From an uncultured Nitrospinota bacterium (GTDB lineage Bacteria > Nitrospinota > Nitrospinia > Nitrospinales > JAJDAT01): a stretch of DNA of 32,000 nucleotides. The position numbers and the translations under genes are program-made. The notes under the pieces are model-generated. The model made no database searches. It saw only the letters and a program-made list of their open reading frames with translations, and was not told the DNA's origin. Below, piece by piece: positions 9,213 through 18,634 of the stretch. Numbering within the stretch: position 1 is the stretch's first letter; each line of letters opens with the position of its first letter. The stretch spans positions 9,642 through 41,641 of the forward strand of contig CAZMZH010000016.1 in assembly GCA_964570665.1 (NCBI GenBank), given 5' to 3'.

Positions 9213-9263
9213 TTTAAACTGCCTGCTTATTGATTAAGAGTCAGAAACGGCTCATTTTAGTAA
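9213..9263 (+). repeat. Degenerate att-like copy of the sequence at 21414-21479 (inverted orientation relative to it)
   Basis: tttaaactgcctgcttattgattaagagtcag matches the minus-strand tttaaacttcctgcttactgattaataatcag at about 28 of 33 positions. cggctcatt...agtaa then matches ccgctcatt...agtaa, with the T-arm portion deleted. Confidence 0.45.
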
Positions 9264-9315
9264 CCGCTTGGTGTTGGGGCGGTTTCGTGAGTCTACAAAT
9301 TTTTCAAAAATTTAA

Positions 9316-9406
9316 AAGCTGTTTATTGATTCCATTGAGTCCATTAATTCTGCTACGAGAGGAAATTTCTATCAAGGTTTTATCAAGGTCCTAATTGTAT
9401 TTCCGA
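9316..9406 (+). repeat. Left copy of a ~90-bp direct repeat flanking the efflux/two-component module
   Basis: Aligns by eye with 17750-17839. Both share aagctgt, a ~74% identical 27-mer, an identical 21-mer tatcaaggttttatcaaggtc (9370-9390 vs 17803-17823) and atttccga. Confidence 0.7.
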
Positions 9407-9423
9407 GATCCCCTCCCTCTTTA

Positions 9424-12400
9424 CTAAACTAGTTCCGCTTTGGGCTGACTATCAATTGTTGGTGAATTTATAACACTACTACTTTCTCTGACTTTGGGAT
9501 AAGGACCAAATTTTAAATATAGGGCGGGTAGAAAAACAAGATTCAATAAGGTTGAGGTGATCAACCCACCTAGAATAACTATGGCTAAGGGATGTTCGAT
9601 TTCTTGACCAGGTTGTAGTCCTGTCAATACGATAGGCAATAACGCTAAACCAGTGGTCAGAGCTGTCATAAGAATTGGGGCTAAACGTTCAGTGGCCCCA
9701 CGAATTGCGAGATCCAGTCCAAAGGGAACGTCCTCCTCCATTTCCAAATGTCGGTAATGGCTGATGAGCATGATTGCATTGCGTACGGCAATACCCAGCA
9801 CAGTGATAAAACCGATCTGAGAACCCAACGAAAGGACGCCATCGGTTAAAAAGACGCTGATTACTCCGCCAACCAATGCAAAAGGCAACGTGAAAAAAAT
9901 TAATAATGCCAAACGCGCCGAATCGAAATGAGCGTGGAGGATGAGAAAAATTCCGAGTAAAGCGAGAATTGACCATTCGATCAATTTATTTTTAGCTTCC
10001 TGGCGGGCGGCGAATTCTCCTAAAAACTCTGGATAGTATCCTCTTTCGAAATCAAGACCTCGCACTGCGGTTTCAATTTCGCGAGCGACACTACCTAAAT
10101 CCTTTCCTTTGACGTTACAAGTGACGTCGATTCTTCTAGATGCGGCTTCGCGTGTGATTTGATTTGGAGTCGGGTTGATCGTGACATGAGCAACCTGTCC
10201 GAATGGGATATGTCCTCCAGAGGGAGTTTCAATCATCATAGAACGTAACGCGCTAACGTTTTGTTGAAGGCGAGGAACACCTCGGACAACCACATCGTCA
10301 ACTCGTTGCTTATGATAAATTTCTCCAACTTTCGTCCCTTGCATCAAAGTCGTTGCGGCGCTACGCACATCTCCTGGGGTCAGGCCAAATAAGTTTCCAG
10401 CATCCTTTTTAAATTTAACTTCAACTTGCGGAACTAAAACTTGAGGCTGAACCTTTAGATCAGACACGCCAATGATAGGGCGTATCGTATCAGCAACTTC
10501 TCCCGCTTTCGATCGAAGCTTTTCAAGGTTCTCTCCATATATCCGCACAACAATTGTTGCGCTCGCGCCGGTTAAAACTTCCTTGATGCGTTCTCGCAAA
10601 TATGTCAACAGATCCCGATACAATCCCGGGTAACCGTCCACCACTTCCTGAATTTTTTCTACGGTCGAATCGTAATTCACTTTTGGATCGAGACTGACCC
10701 AAAGCTCTGTAAAATTTGGACCAACCACTTCATCGGCCACTTCTGCCCTGCCAATGTGGGACCCAAAATTACGAACGCCGGGAATAGCGAGCAGTTCCTT
10801 ACTCACTCGTTTAGTGATGCGAACCATGGCTTCAAGCGAGGTTCCGGGTTTTTCAACCCAATGCATTAAAAAATCGTATTCCTTAAATTTTGGCAAAAAC
10901 TCTTCTCCTAATAAGGGTGTTAAAAGTAACGTGATACCCAAAGCGCTGGATATAATTAGTAATGCTAATTTCGGAAAACGAACGAAAAGCGGAAGCGATT
11001 TTCCGTACGCCAATTGGATTACCTTAACCAGTAGCGATTCCTTCTTCCCAGACTTTGCCACGCTTGGAAGTAGGATGAGAGAAAACGCCGGAGTAATTGT
11101 CAAAGCTACAAATAAAGAAGCTCCAATGGCCAGCACATAAGATAGAGCCAAGGGAGCAAAAAATGCGCCAACCAATCCTTCGAGAAAAAACACCGGGAAC
11201 ACGACTAAAACAACGATTAAACTTCCGTAAACCACCGCGCTTCGGACTTCAAAAGTTGCTTTGAGAACCACATGGAAGGCGTTTTGAGGATTATCTGCAT
11301 TAGCGTTCTCTCTCAGGCGACGTGTGATATTTTCAACGCCAATAATGGCATCATCCACAACACTGCCGAGCGCAATAATCAAACCCGCTAAAACCATCGT
11401 ATTAATAGTCTCTCCTCGATAATAAAGGATCAGCAAAGCGGTGATGAGAGATAAAGGAATAGCTAAAATACTGATAAATGCAGTTCGCCAATCATTGAGA
11501 AAAAATATCAAAACAACCACGACCAATAAACAACCAATCAAAAGAGCTTGATTTAAGTTCTTCAAGGACATTTCAATAAAGGTTGCAGGACGGAATATGG
11601 TGGAATCGATGTCAATATCCTGAAGCCCCGGACGTATACCGTCCAGCGTTTTTTCGATATTGCGCGTGACTTCAAAGGTATTGCCCCACGGCTGCTTCTC
11701 GACAATCAACAACAATCCGGTTTCCCCATTGATGACGGCATCTCCTATTGGAGGTGGGTAGCTTTCCACAACATCGCTGATATCGCCAAGCGTAATCGGA
11801 GCGCCGTTTATAAAGGTGACGACTACTTCGGAAAGTTGCTGAGGGGTTTGAATATCCGGAATATGCGAGATCGCCAACCGTTGATTGGGTGTGTCGATAA
11901 AACCGCCGCCACTGACGGTAAAGGCATCGCCAGTTGCGCGAACGATTTCCTTCAAGCTCACCCCGTTAGCCATCAAACGATCTGGGTCGACCTGAACCTG
12001 GAGTTGGCGATCACGCTGCCCCCATATTGCAACATTGGCGACACCGGGAATTGCCATCAAACGAGGTCGAATTGTCCACTTACCCACCGTGGTCATTTCC
12101 ATTTGCGAAAGTTTTGAAGACGTCATACCGATTTTCAAAACCCGGCTTGTAGACGATAAAGGAGAAAGAATCACCGGATGACTGGCAACAACGGGCAATA
12201 ACGCAGGAGCTCGTGATAAGCGTTCTTGCACCAATTGACGAGCCTGGATTAAGTCTGTACCTTCTTTAAAGATCAGAGTAACGGATGATAAACCGAGTAC
12301 CGTTTTGGATCGCAAGGTTTTCAGCCAAGTCGTTCCATTGAGCAAACTTTCCAAGGGCACGGTAATCAGGGCTTCAACTTCGGCGGTGGACAATCCCGGA

Positions 12401-12558
12401 GCTTCCGTTTGAACTTCCACTAGTGGAGGAGCAAATTCAGGAAAGACATCTAAAGGGGATTTTTGGATTATCTGGAAACCCACAACTATGAAAACGACTC
12501 CAAGAATTGCAGTGGCAACGCGAAGGCGAAGAGCTGTTGATATCAACCAATGGATCAT
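9424..12558 (-). CDS. Heavy-metal-efflux RND inner-membrane pump (CzcA/CusA family)
   Basis: The 1044-aa protein has 12-TM RND architecture with N-terminus [27 protein letters not shown]. The TM4 motif is [15 protein letters not shown]. It is translationally coupled to the upstream adaptor gene. Confidence 0.9.
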   Translation of the reverse strand: MIHWLISTALRLRVATAILGVVFIVVGFQIIQKSPLDVFPEFAPPLVEVQTEAPGLSTAEVEALITVPLESLLNGTTWLKTLRSKTVLGLSSVTLIFKEGTDLIQARQLVQERLSRAPALLPVVASHPVILSPLSSTSRVLKIGMTSSKLSQMEMTTVGKWTIRPRLMAIPGVANVAIWGQRDRQLQVQVDPDRLMANGVSLKEIVRATGDAFTVSGGGFIDTPNQRLAISHIPDIQTPQQLSEVVVTFINGAPITLGDISDVVESYPPPIGDAVINGETGLLLIVEKQPWGNTFEVTRNIEKTLDGIRPGLQDIDIDSTIFRPATFIEMSLKNLNQALLIGCLLVVVVLIFFLNDWRTAFISILAIPLSLITALLILYYRGETINTMVLAGLIIALGSVVDDAIIGVENITRRLRENANADNPQNAFHVVLKATFEVRSAVVYGSLIVVLVVFPVFFLEGLVGAFFAPLALSYVLAIGASLFVALTITPAFSLILLPSVAKSGKKESLLVKVIQLAYGKSLPLFVRFPKLALLIISSALGITLLLTPLLGEEFLPKFKEYDFLMHWVEKPGTSLEAMVRITKRVSKELLAIPGVRNFGSHIGRAEVADEVVGPNFTELWVSLDPKVNYDSTVEKIQEVVDGYPGLYRDLLTYLRERIKEVLTGASATIVVRIYGENLEKLRSKAGEVADTIRPIIGVSDLKVQPQVLVPQVEVKFKKDAGNLFGLTPGDVRSAATTLMQGTKVGEIYHKQRVDDVVVRGVPRLQQNVSALRSMMIETPSGGHIPFGQVAHVTINPTPNQITREAASRRIDVTCNVKGKDLGSVAREIETAVRGLDFERGYYPEFLGEFAARQEAKNKLIEWSILALLGIFLILHAHFDSARLALLIFFTLPFALVGGVISVFLTDGVLSLGSQIGFITVLGIAVRNAIMLISHYRHLEMEEDVPFGLDLAIRGATERLAPILMTALTTGLALLPIVLTGLQPGQEIEHPLAIVILGGLITSTLLNLVFLPALYLKFGPYPKVRESSSVINSPTIDSQPKAELV

Positions 12559-13784
12559 TTACCGCTCCCGAACTCTGTTCCAAAGAGTTCTGCCGCCCCA
12601 GCGCTGACGACGCTCGTTCCTTCTTCTGGGCCACGATCCAAGACCGCCCAATCGTTTACGACCGCGATCAACTCAATTCTGCTACGGATGAATTTATTCG
12701 TTTTGGTGTTTTTATAAACCCAGGTTCCACCGTGAATATCGTACAAAACAGCAGACTGGGGTACCGTCAAACCTTTTTCTTGATTTTTCATCTCCAGCGT
12801 AACCATGACTTTTTCCCCAGGTTGGAACTTGTTATCGCGAAGGGGTAGTTCGAAGTAAAGATCCACTGAAGCCGCAAATGGATTAGCCGATGGAGGAGCC
12901 ATTACAGGATGAGCGCGAATTCCTTTAGATTGGGAACCGTCCGAAAGGTTCCGTACGATAATCATTTGATCAGGGTCAATTTGATTGATCAAACCGGCGT
13001 ACACCGGAACGCGGACCCATAAGTTGTTTTGAGCGGCCATTTCAAATAGCGGCGATCCCGCAGACACACGCTGCCCTGAGGCAACATGCAAATTTTTAAG
13101 AATACCGCCAATGGGAGCTCCCACTTCCAATGGAGCAAATTCCTTTGCGGAAGCGTTAAAATCCTTATTATCGAGAAGATTGACCATGGCTTTGGCCAAC
13201 CGTAATCTTGTTTTGGAATTCTCAAGCCCACTCAACGCCTCTTCTTGAGCTCGGACGCTGCCAGCGCCTTCTTTTAATAATTGAGTTGCCCGTCCAGCTT
13301 TTTGTTTAGCCAGCAAAAACTGGTTTTGGGCAACCTTCAGATTGTCTTTCGCATTGAGCAAATCTTTTTCGGGTGGGAGCATCAATAACCGCATGACGGT
13401 TTCATCCAGAATTAGACTTGCGCCCACTGGAGGAATTCTAATTTTCTCGGGATCTAAAACAATCCCAGATAGTGGAGCGGATACGGTGATGGTTTGACCC
13501 GGCGGTACCATGATCTCCCCACCCAGAATTCTAGTTTTTTGGATCGTACGCCGCTCAACAGTAGCAGTTTGGATTCCTAATCGTTCTCTTGCCGCATTGG
13601 TAAGGGTGATCGTTACAAGCGAGCCTTCTTTGACAGAAGTTTTGACAGGGTTTATTTTTTCAGACTTTTCATTATGGGGCGCTATATTTTTTTGAATTAA
13701 GTCGCAGCTACAGAGGGAAAAGGTCAATAGAATTACAAACAAAAACCGTGAGTATTTATTCAATATATTTCGTAAACAATTCAT
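12555..13784 (-). CDS. RND periplasmic adaptor (membrane fusion protein, CzcB/CusB family)
   Basis: It has a signal/lipobox-like N-terminus (LTFSLCSC), a coiled-coil hairpin region and a beta-barrel C-terminus. It shows 4-nt overlaps with both neighbours in the order OMF-MFP-RND. Confidence 0.85.
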   Translation of the reverse strand: MNCLRNILNKYSRFLFVILLTFSLCSCDLIQKNIAPHNEKSEKINPVKTSVKEGSLVTITLTNAARERLGIQTATVERRTIQKTRILGGEIMVPPGQTITVSAPLSGIVLDPEKIRIPPVGASLILDETVMRLLMLPPEKDLLNAKDNLKVAQNQFLLAKQKAGRATQLLKEGAGSVRAQEEALSGLENSKTRLRLAKAMVNLLDNKDFNASAKEFAPLEVGAPIGGILKNLHVASGQRVSAGSPLFEMAAQNNLWVRVPVYAGLINQIDPDQMIIVRNLSDGSQSKGIRAHPVMAPPSANPFAASVDLYFELPLRDNKFQPGEKVMVTLEMKNQEKGLTVPQSAVLYDIHGGTWVYKNTKTNKFIRSRIELIAVVNDWAVLDRGPEEGTSVVSAGAAELFGTEFGSGK

Positions 13785-15148
13785 GATGAAAACGTTTTTA
13801 AAAATTCTACGGGTCTACCGATACTGTGCCCTAACAGAGCGGATTTACGCCCCAATTCAGCCAAAACCTCTGTTTGTTTTAGCTTTGTTTGAATGAAACC
13901 CCGTTGTACTTCCAAGTTCGACAGGTAAGAGATTTCTCCATTTTTCAAAGCTTCTTTGGATAGATTTAACTTTTGCACTTGTTGTGGAAAGATCTTCTGT
14001 GTAATGAGTTCCAATAGTTTCAGAGTGGAAATGTATTGAGTATAGGATTCTCTGACTGACAACTTAATTTGTTCACGAACCGCAATATATCGTTTAACGG
14101 CTGAATCGAGTTGAGCTTGGGCGCGAGCAATACCACCTTCGTTTAGGTTCATGATGGGAATATCAATCTTGAATCCCGGTCCAACTTCGGTGTTGTTCTC
14201 GTTCGCATCCAAAATCGCAATGAAGTTAAAAATCTTTTTTTCTTCCCATCCGATTTGTTCTCCTGCGGATTCGATCTCCAATTCGGCTATTCTCATATCA
14301 GGTCTGGACGCTAAGGCAATCTCAATTAAGGCGGTCAAATCCTTTTTGAGGTTTGAGGCAGAAGTCGTCGGGACAAGCTTCAAATCTTTTTCAAAATCGA
14401 TTCCAAGGAAAGATCGTAATCGGTGTCGAAAGGTGATTTCGTCGTGCGCTAAACGATTACTCTGTTCCAATGCGTTTAAGGCGTCGATTTTTTTTTGCTG
14501 GGCTTCCAGTTCGCTGATATCGCCTAAGCGAAGTCGGGCTTGAGTGATCTTGGAAATTTCATCCAATAAGCGGACGTTTTCTTTTGCCAACGACAAGGCT
14601 TTTTTGGTTTGTAGCAGATTCAAATAAGCAATCTGGGTATCGCGTGCGAGATTCAAACCGTTTTGAATCAAATTGTCGGCAACACGGCTGGCGTTCAATT
14701 TGGCGACAGCAATTCGGTGTGGTCTGACCCTTAGTTCGGATGCTGGCCACATCAACCAAGCTTCCAATTGTTTAGGGCCAATGGGAAATAATAAAGAAAA
14801 GTTAGGATTCTTGATAAGACCGGCCTGCAACACTTCGGCTCGGGAAACTCCTAACTGTGCAAGGTCCGCTTGAAATGCGGCATTGTTCCAAAGCGCGATG
14901 GCAACCGCAGCCTGTTCACTCAAGCCCCGCTCAATAGAAATTCCTGGAGGAATTTGACGATTTCCATAAACGGGATCAGGAGTGACCCTTCCTCCGATGT
15001 TTTTTTCAATCTCGGTCGAGACATATTCGAATGAAGAATTAGAAATTTGATTGGCGCATCCGGTTAAAACCAGCCCTATAGAAAACGCTCTAAGAGCGAT
15101 ATACAAATGAAATTTTACTAACCGTCCCATTTTTTTCACACTTCCCAA
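13781..15148 (-). CDS. TolC-like outer-membrane factor lipoprotein (CzcC family)
   Basis: It has a lipobox LTGC|A, two long alpha-helical OEP repeats and a length of 455 aa. It is the first gene of a czcCBA-ordered operon. Confidence 0.85.
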   Translation of the reverse strand: MGSVKKMGRLVKFHLYIALRAFSIGLVLTGCANQISNSSFEYVSTEIEKNIGGRVTPDPVYGNRQIPPGISIERGLSEQAAVAIALWNNAAFQADLAQLGVSRAEVLQAGLIKNPNFSLLFPIGPKQLEAWLMWPASELRVRPHRIAVAKLNASRVADNLIQNGLNLARDTQIAYLNLLQTKKALSLAKENVRLLDEISKITQARLRLGDISELEAQQKKIDALNALEQSNRLAHDEITFRHRLRSFLGIDFEKDLKLVPTTSASNLKKDLTALIEIALASRPDMRIAELEIESAGEQIGWEEKKIFNFIAILDANENNTEVGPGFKIDIPIMNLNEGGIARAQAQLDSAVKRYIAVREQIKLSVRESYTQYISTLKLLELITQKIFPQQVQKLNLSKEALKNGEISYLSNLEVQRGFIQTKLKQTEVLAELGRKSALLGHSIGRPVEFLKTFSS

Positions 15149-15273
15149 TCATAGACAGACCAAAAAATCCTTTTAGTTCTAAGGCTTTGAAAATTGATTG
15201 AATTAACAATCCTATTTCAAACTTATGTATTGAAAAGTATACGGAATGATGAGTTGGAAGGACGTCAAAAAAG

Positions 15274-15290
15274 CGTTAAAAAAACGTTAA
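15274..15290 (-). promoter_or_regulatory. Candidate response-regulator box upstream of the efflux operon (direct hexamer repeat at 11-bp period)
   Basis: On the minus strand it reads TTAACGtttttTTAACG, about 125-140 bp upstream of the czcC-like start. OmpR/PhoB-family regulators bind direct repeats spaced one helical turn apart. This is only a pattern argument. Confidence 0.3.
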
Positions 15291-15309
15291 ATTTAGAAGC
15301 TGATCTAAA

Positions 15310-16611
15310 TTAAGATGGAAATACTGGAGTTTCGATAGGTTCGGCAAATGTCAATATGAACCGACTACCATGTGGTTCAACCGGTTCCAACCCAATATTC
15401 CAATGGTGGTAATCACAAATGCGCCTCACAATGGACAATCCCAACCCTTCGCCTTGTGGTTCATTTTTTAGTAATGAGATTTGGTAATGACGTTCAAATA
15501 TTGAATCCTTAAACTCTTCTGGAATCCCACGGCCAGTATCCTCTACATGGATCGATTCCGGATTTAAGGTCACGGTGATCGCCCCTTGGTTCGTATGATG
15601 GATCGCGTTGCGTAGGAGATTTTTGATAACTACCCGAAATAATTGAGGATTTCCATTAATTTGGAGTACGCCATTAGTTTTGAAATAAATTAGCACTTCT
15701 TTGGTCTCCACCTCTTCGCGGATTTCTTCAATCTCCTGGTGAATCATTGGTTCCACTTGAATATCTTTAAAATGAGTTGCAGAGTTAGCATTATCTCTGG
15801 ATAAAGTTAGGAATGTATCAACTAGCGATCGCATTTCCTTGGACGCTTGATGAATTCGTTGGATAGTTTCCCTTCGTTTATTATCGTTATCGGGAGTCTC
15901 TAATAACACCTCGCAGGAACTTGAAATTACCATTAAAGGGGTTCTTAATTCATGGCTGACGTCTCCGGTAAATAATTTCTCGCGTTCGAGAAAAGCTTGG
16001 AGTTTTTCCGCATATTGCCCAAATGTATTTGCCAACATCCCAACCTCGTCATTGGAATAATCCTTAGCGAATTCTTTTATATTTGCTTCGGTGGGGTTAA
16101 CGTTGTCCACATGATTGGCAAGCTCAATAACAGGAGCAATAATTTTGTTAGCCGTTACAAACCCCAACCAAATCGATCCGGCTAAAGCGATAATAAATCC
16201 AATGGCAATGGTCGCTCCAATGCTTTGTTCCAAGTTTTCGAATTGGCTTTGGTCCTGAACCAGGAAATAGCGAGTCTTACCCTCGTTTCGAACAACAACA
16301 TGATAGGCTTTATTATCGAGAAAAATTTCGGAGTGGTCTTTTTTTAGGTCTTTTAAGTATTGGGGAAAACCGGAGGATTGATTTTCTTTTTGGATATAAA
16401 GTTTAACTCCGGAAGGTAGATCGGTCGTTAACCCATTCTTTGCAGCTTTGATCAGCCACTCTGCATCCTGCTCAAGATGGCGATAGAAGAGGTCGCTTTC
16501 CAATCCATGGATTATTGAAAATACACTGACACCAAAGGCCCCGCATAAGATTAGGGTGAGTAAAAAAAAAGCGATGACCAATCGGTTGCGAAGTGTTTGC
16601 TTAAACTTCAT
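15310..16611 (-). CDS. Sensor histidine kinase (CusS/CzcS-like, two TM segments with a periplasmic loop)
   Basis: H-box SHELRTPL, N-box LLRNAIHHT, G-boxes EDTGRGIP and GEGLGLSIV, and two hydrophobic segments bracketing ~110 aa. It overlaps the regulator gene by 4 nt. Confidence 0.9.
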   Translation of the reverse strand: MKFKQTLRNRLVIAFFLLTLILCGAFGVSVFSIIHGLESDLFYRHLEQDAEWLIKAAKNGLTTDLPSGVKLYIQKENQSSGFPQYLKDLKKDHSEIFLDNKAYHVVVRNEGKTRYFLVQDQSQFENLEQSIGATIAIGFIIALAGSIWLGFVTANKIIAPVIELANHVDNVNPTEANIKEFAKDYSNDEVGMLANTFGQYAEKLQAFLEREKLFTGDVSHELRTPLMVISSSCEVLLETPDNDNKRRETIQRIHQASKEMRSLVDTFLTLSRDNANSATHFKDIQVEPMIHQEIEEIREEVETKEVLIYFKTNGVLQINGNPQLFRVVIKNLLRNAIHHTNQGAITVTLNPESIHVEDTGRGIPEEFKDSIFERHYQISLLKNEPQGEGLGLSIVRRICDYHHWNIGLEPVEPHGSRFILTFAEPIETPVFPS

Positions 16612-17288
16612 GGGGATTCATCGATCAATCGATACCCAATTCGAGTAACGGTTACCAAGGATTCTTTTTTAAACGGCTTATCAATAGATTGCCGCAATGC
16701 ATGAATATGGGTACGCAACGCGTCGCTTTCGCATAGTTCGTCTCCCCAAATCAACTCTTCCAGCTTTTCCTTTTTGACGACATCTGGCGAAACGCGCATC
16801 AAGCACTCTAAAACTTTTAAACCAATCGGGCCAATTTTGATCGGTGTCTCTGAACGTTTCACCTCTAGCGTGGTGGTGTTAAATGTTAAATCTCCAACTT
16901 GCAACCAGTTTCCTACTGCTGTCTTTTGGCTTCTTTTAAATACGGCATCGATTCTGGCTTTCAATTCGGACAAATCAAAAGGTTTAACCAAATAGTCGTC
17001 GGCCCCCGCTTCAAATCCAACTAGTTTATCTTTAACTTGGTCCTTAGCCGTTAACATAATAATCGGCGTTTGGTTTTTTGCATCATTGCGGAGCCGTTTG
17101 CATATTGTCACTCCATCAATACCCGGAAGCATAATATCGAGAATGATCAAATCGAATTTCTGCGTTGCCGCCAAGTGTAATCCAGTCAAACCATCCTCGG
17201 CGCAATCGGTCGTGTAACCCCTGCCACTCAAATAATCGGCAATATTTTGAAGGATGTCGCGGTTGTCTTCGATTACAAGAATTTTCAT
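16608..17288 (-). CDS. OmpR-family response regulator (CusR/CopR/CzcR-like)
   Basis: The receiver domain has MKILVIEDN...DLIILDIMLPGIDG...LTAK. The C-terminal winged-helix domain has LTFNTTTLEVKRSETPIKIGPIGLKVLECLM...VTVTRIGYRL. Confidence 0.9.
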   Translation of the reverse strand: MKILVIEDNRDILQNIADYLSGRGYTTDCAEDGLTGLHLAATQKFDLIILDIMLPGIDGVTICKRLRNDAKNQTPIIMLTAKDQVKDKLVGFEAGADDYLVKPFDLSELKARIDAVFKRSQKTAVGNWLQVGDLTFNTTTLEVKRSETPIKIGPIGLKVLECLMRVSPDVVKKEKLEELIWGDELCESDALRTHIHALRQSIDKPFKKESLVTVTRIGYRLIDESP

Positions 17289-17749
17289 GTTCGATCTAAA
17301 CCCAAATTAAGCCTTTAGAAATAAGAAAACTGTTTATTAGAGTATACAATTTTCATAGACCAGTGACCCTTAATTTTAAACCTTTGTGGTAAATAAGAAA
17401 TTGCTCCTAGAGTGTCTTTCACTAATTGAGATTAATATTGGATTGATATTATCCTTTTGGGATTTATCTGCTTCCACGTAAATTGTCAAAACCAAATGTA
17501 TATGTATCTTATTTCACTGATTGTGAAAATTAGAAAGTTTTTATGCGCCGCTCAATTCTGATAATTTTAACCAACGTCTTGTCTATGTTGAATGGTTTAT
17601 CTCTTAAAATCCATCGAACTTGAGATTGAAATATTTTTTCTCAATTTATCTCACTTCTTTTTCTCGCTTTTGCTTTTTGGGAACCACATTAATTTGCTAA
17701 ATCGTTTTTCTTTTGGCCATTAAATTAGTAACAACTTCTTTTTATTTGG

Positions 17750-17839
17750 AAGCTGTCGATTAATCCCATTGGGTCGATTATTTCCCTCAAAATGAAAACT
17801 TGTATCAAGGTTTTATCAAGGTCTGTTCCAGATTTCCGA
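17750..17839 (+). repeat. Right copy of the ~90-bp direct repeat flanking the efflux/two-component module
   Basis: See 9316-9406. The identical 21-mer core lies at 17803-17823 and contains ATCAAGG-tttt-ATCAAGG (7+4+7, 11-bp period). Confidence 0.7.
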
Positions 17840-18054
17840 AAATTTTTAAGTTAGAATTGTCCCAAATTAACTGATTATTGATTAGTGCATAAAAAATTGA
17901 TAGGGAATCAAAACTCAAAGCTTAATGATAACTTTTCAGCAGGTCCATAGTTCAATTGTGCTGATATTAAGTCAGCAAACGACCCAAAGAGAACATATCA
18001 CGCCGGAAAAAGCAGCTATAGGATTTGGAGGTCAGTAATAATTAAGGGTTTGAG

Positions 18055-18456
18055 TCACTCAGATGAGCAACATCCAGCTTGACCGAAAACGCCATCATAA
18101 GGAATTTCACCTTGTAAACGCTTAACGTAATGATCCGGGTCCTTGCGGAATACTTCTGGGCAATAGGGGCATCGGCAAAAGAATACTTTCCATCCAGCAA
18201 TCTCCATTCGTACTGTCCACTGAACAGGTTTTTCCGCCAAACATGTTGGACATACTACTAAATCCTTGGTTTCTTGAAGATATCGTGGAGGATCTTCATT
18301 GAAGAGGTCAGTGCAGCCCTGGCAACAAAAAAAATATTCTATACCTTCGTAGGTAGTAGTTGTCCATCGATCTTCACCTATTCCAAGTCTAATTAAAGAA
18401 CAACCACAGGTTGGACAAATGGAGGTCACAATCTTTTTTGCTGAGTCAATTGTCAT
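18055..18456 (-). CDS. Cys-rich protein with two TRASH/YHS-type metal-binding modules and a C-terminal vicinal Cys pair
   Basis: CPTCGCS...YEGIEYFFCCQGCTDLFNEDPPRY and CPTC...WKVFFCRCPYCPEVFRKDPDHY both fit the CxxC...(Y/F)FC..(C)..F...P..Y TRASH/YHS pattern. The protein ends ...QAGCCSSE. Its start overlaps the upstream small gene by 11 nt. Confidence 0.75.
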   Translation of the reverse strand: MTIDSAKKIVTSICPTCGCSLIRLGIGEDRWTTTTYEGIEYFFCCQGCTDLFNEDPPRYLQETKDLVVCPTCLAEKPVQWTVRMEIAGWKVFFCRCPYCPEVFRKDPDHYVKRLQGEIPYDGVFGQAGCCSSE

Positions 18457-18634
18457 TGCATTGGCTCTTTTCAGTTTGATTCATTTCATCACAACAAGAA
18501 GATTCTTTTTTCTTAGGTAGTAAATCCACTACGAAATCAATCAGTGACTGCAATTTGCTCCTTGTACATTCACAGGCTTCTTCTGAAGAAACTGTCTCCT
18601 CTTCTATCTTGTCCCAATCTACATATTTTTTCAT
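18446..18634 (-). CDS. Small acidic Cys-rich protein (62 aa)
   Basis: The ATG overlaps the HgcA-like stop (ATGA) and the 3' end overlaps the next gene, so it appears translationally coupled. It carries the motifs CEC, SSCCDE and a C-terminal QC. I recognise no homolog. Confidence 0.6.
   Translation of the reverse strand: MKKYVDWDKIEEETVSSEEACECTRSKLQSLIDFVVDLLPKKKESSCCDEMNQTEKSQCNDN

Noticed and set aside
9043-9300. Possibility that the tRNA-Thr is interrupted by a group I intron, with the 3' exon a few hundred bp downstream
   Set aside because: No TCAGT + T arm + CGTCGGC acceptor strand occurs on the + strand before the RND gene. The only 3'-half-like piece nearby (9213-9263) lacks the T arm and the matching acceptor strand.
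9689-12848. Several 65-128-aa ORFs on either strand within the RND pump and adaptor genes (9689-9976, 10754-11140, 11836-12117, 12437-12634, 12507-12848)
   Set aside because: All are embedded in or out of frame with long, well-supported genes, and they show no start-site signals.
12989-14873. Short ORFs inside the adaptor and OMF genes (12989-13231, 13510-13695, 14151-14543, 14559-14759, 14673-14873)
   Set aside because: They are shadow or alternative-frame ORFs within supported genes.
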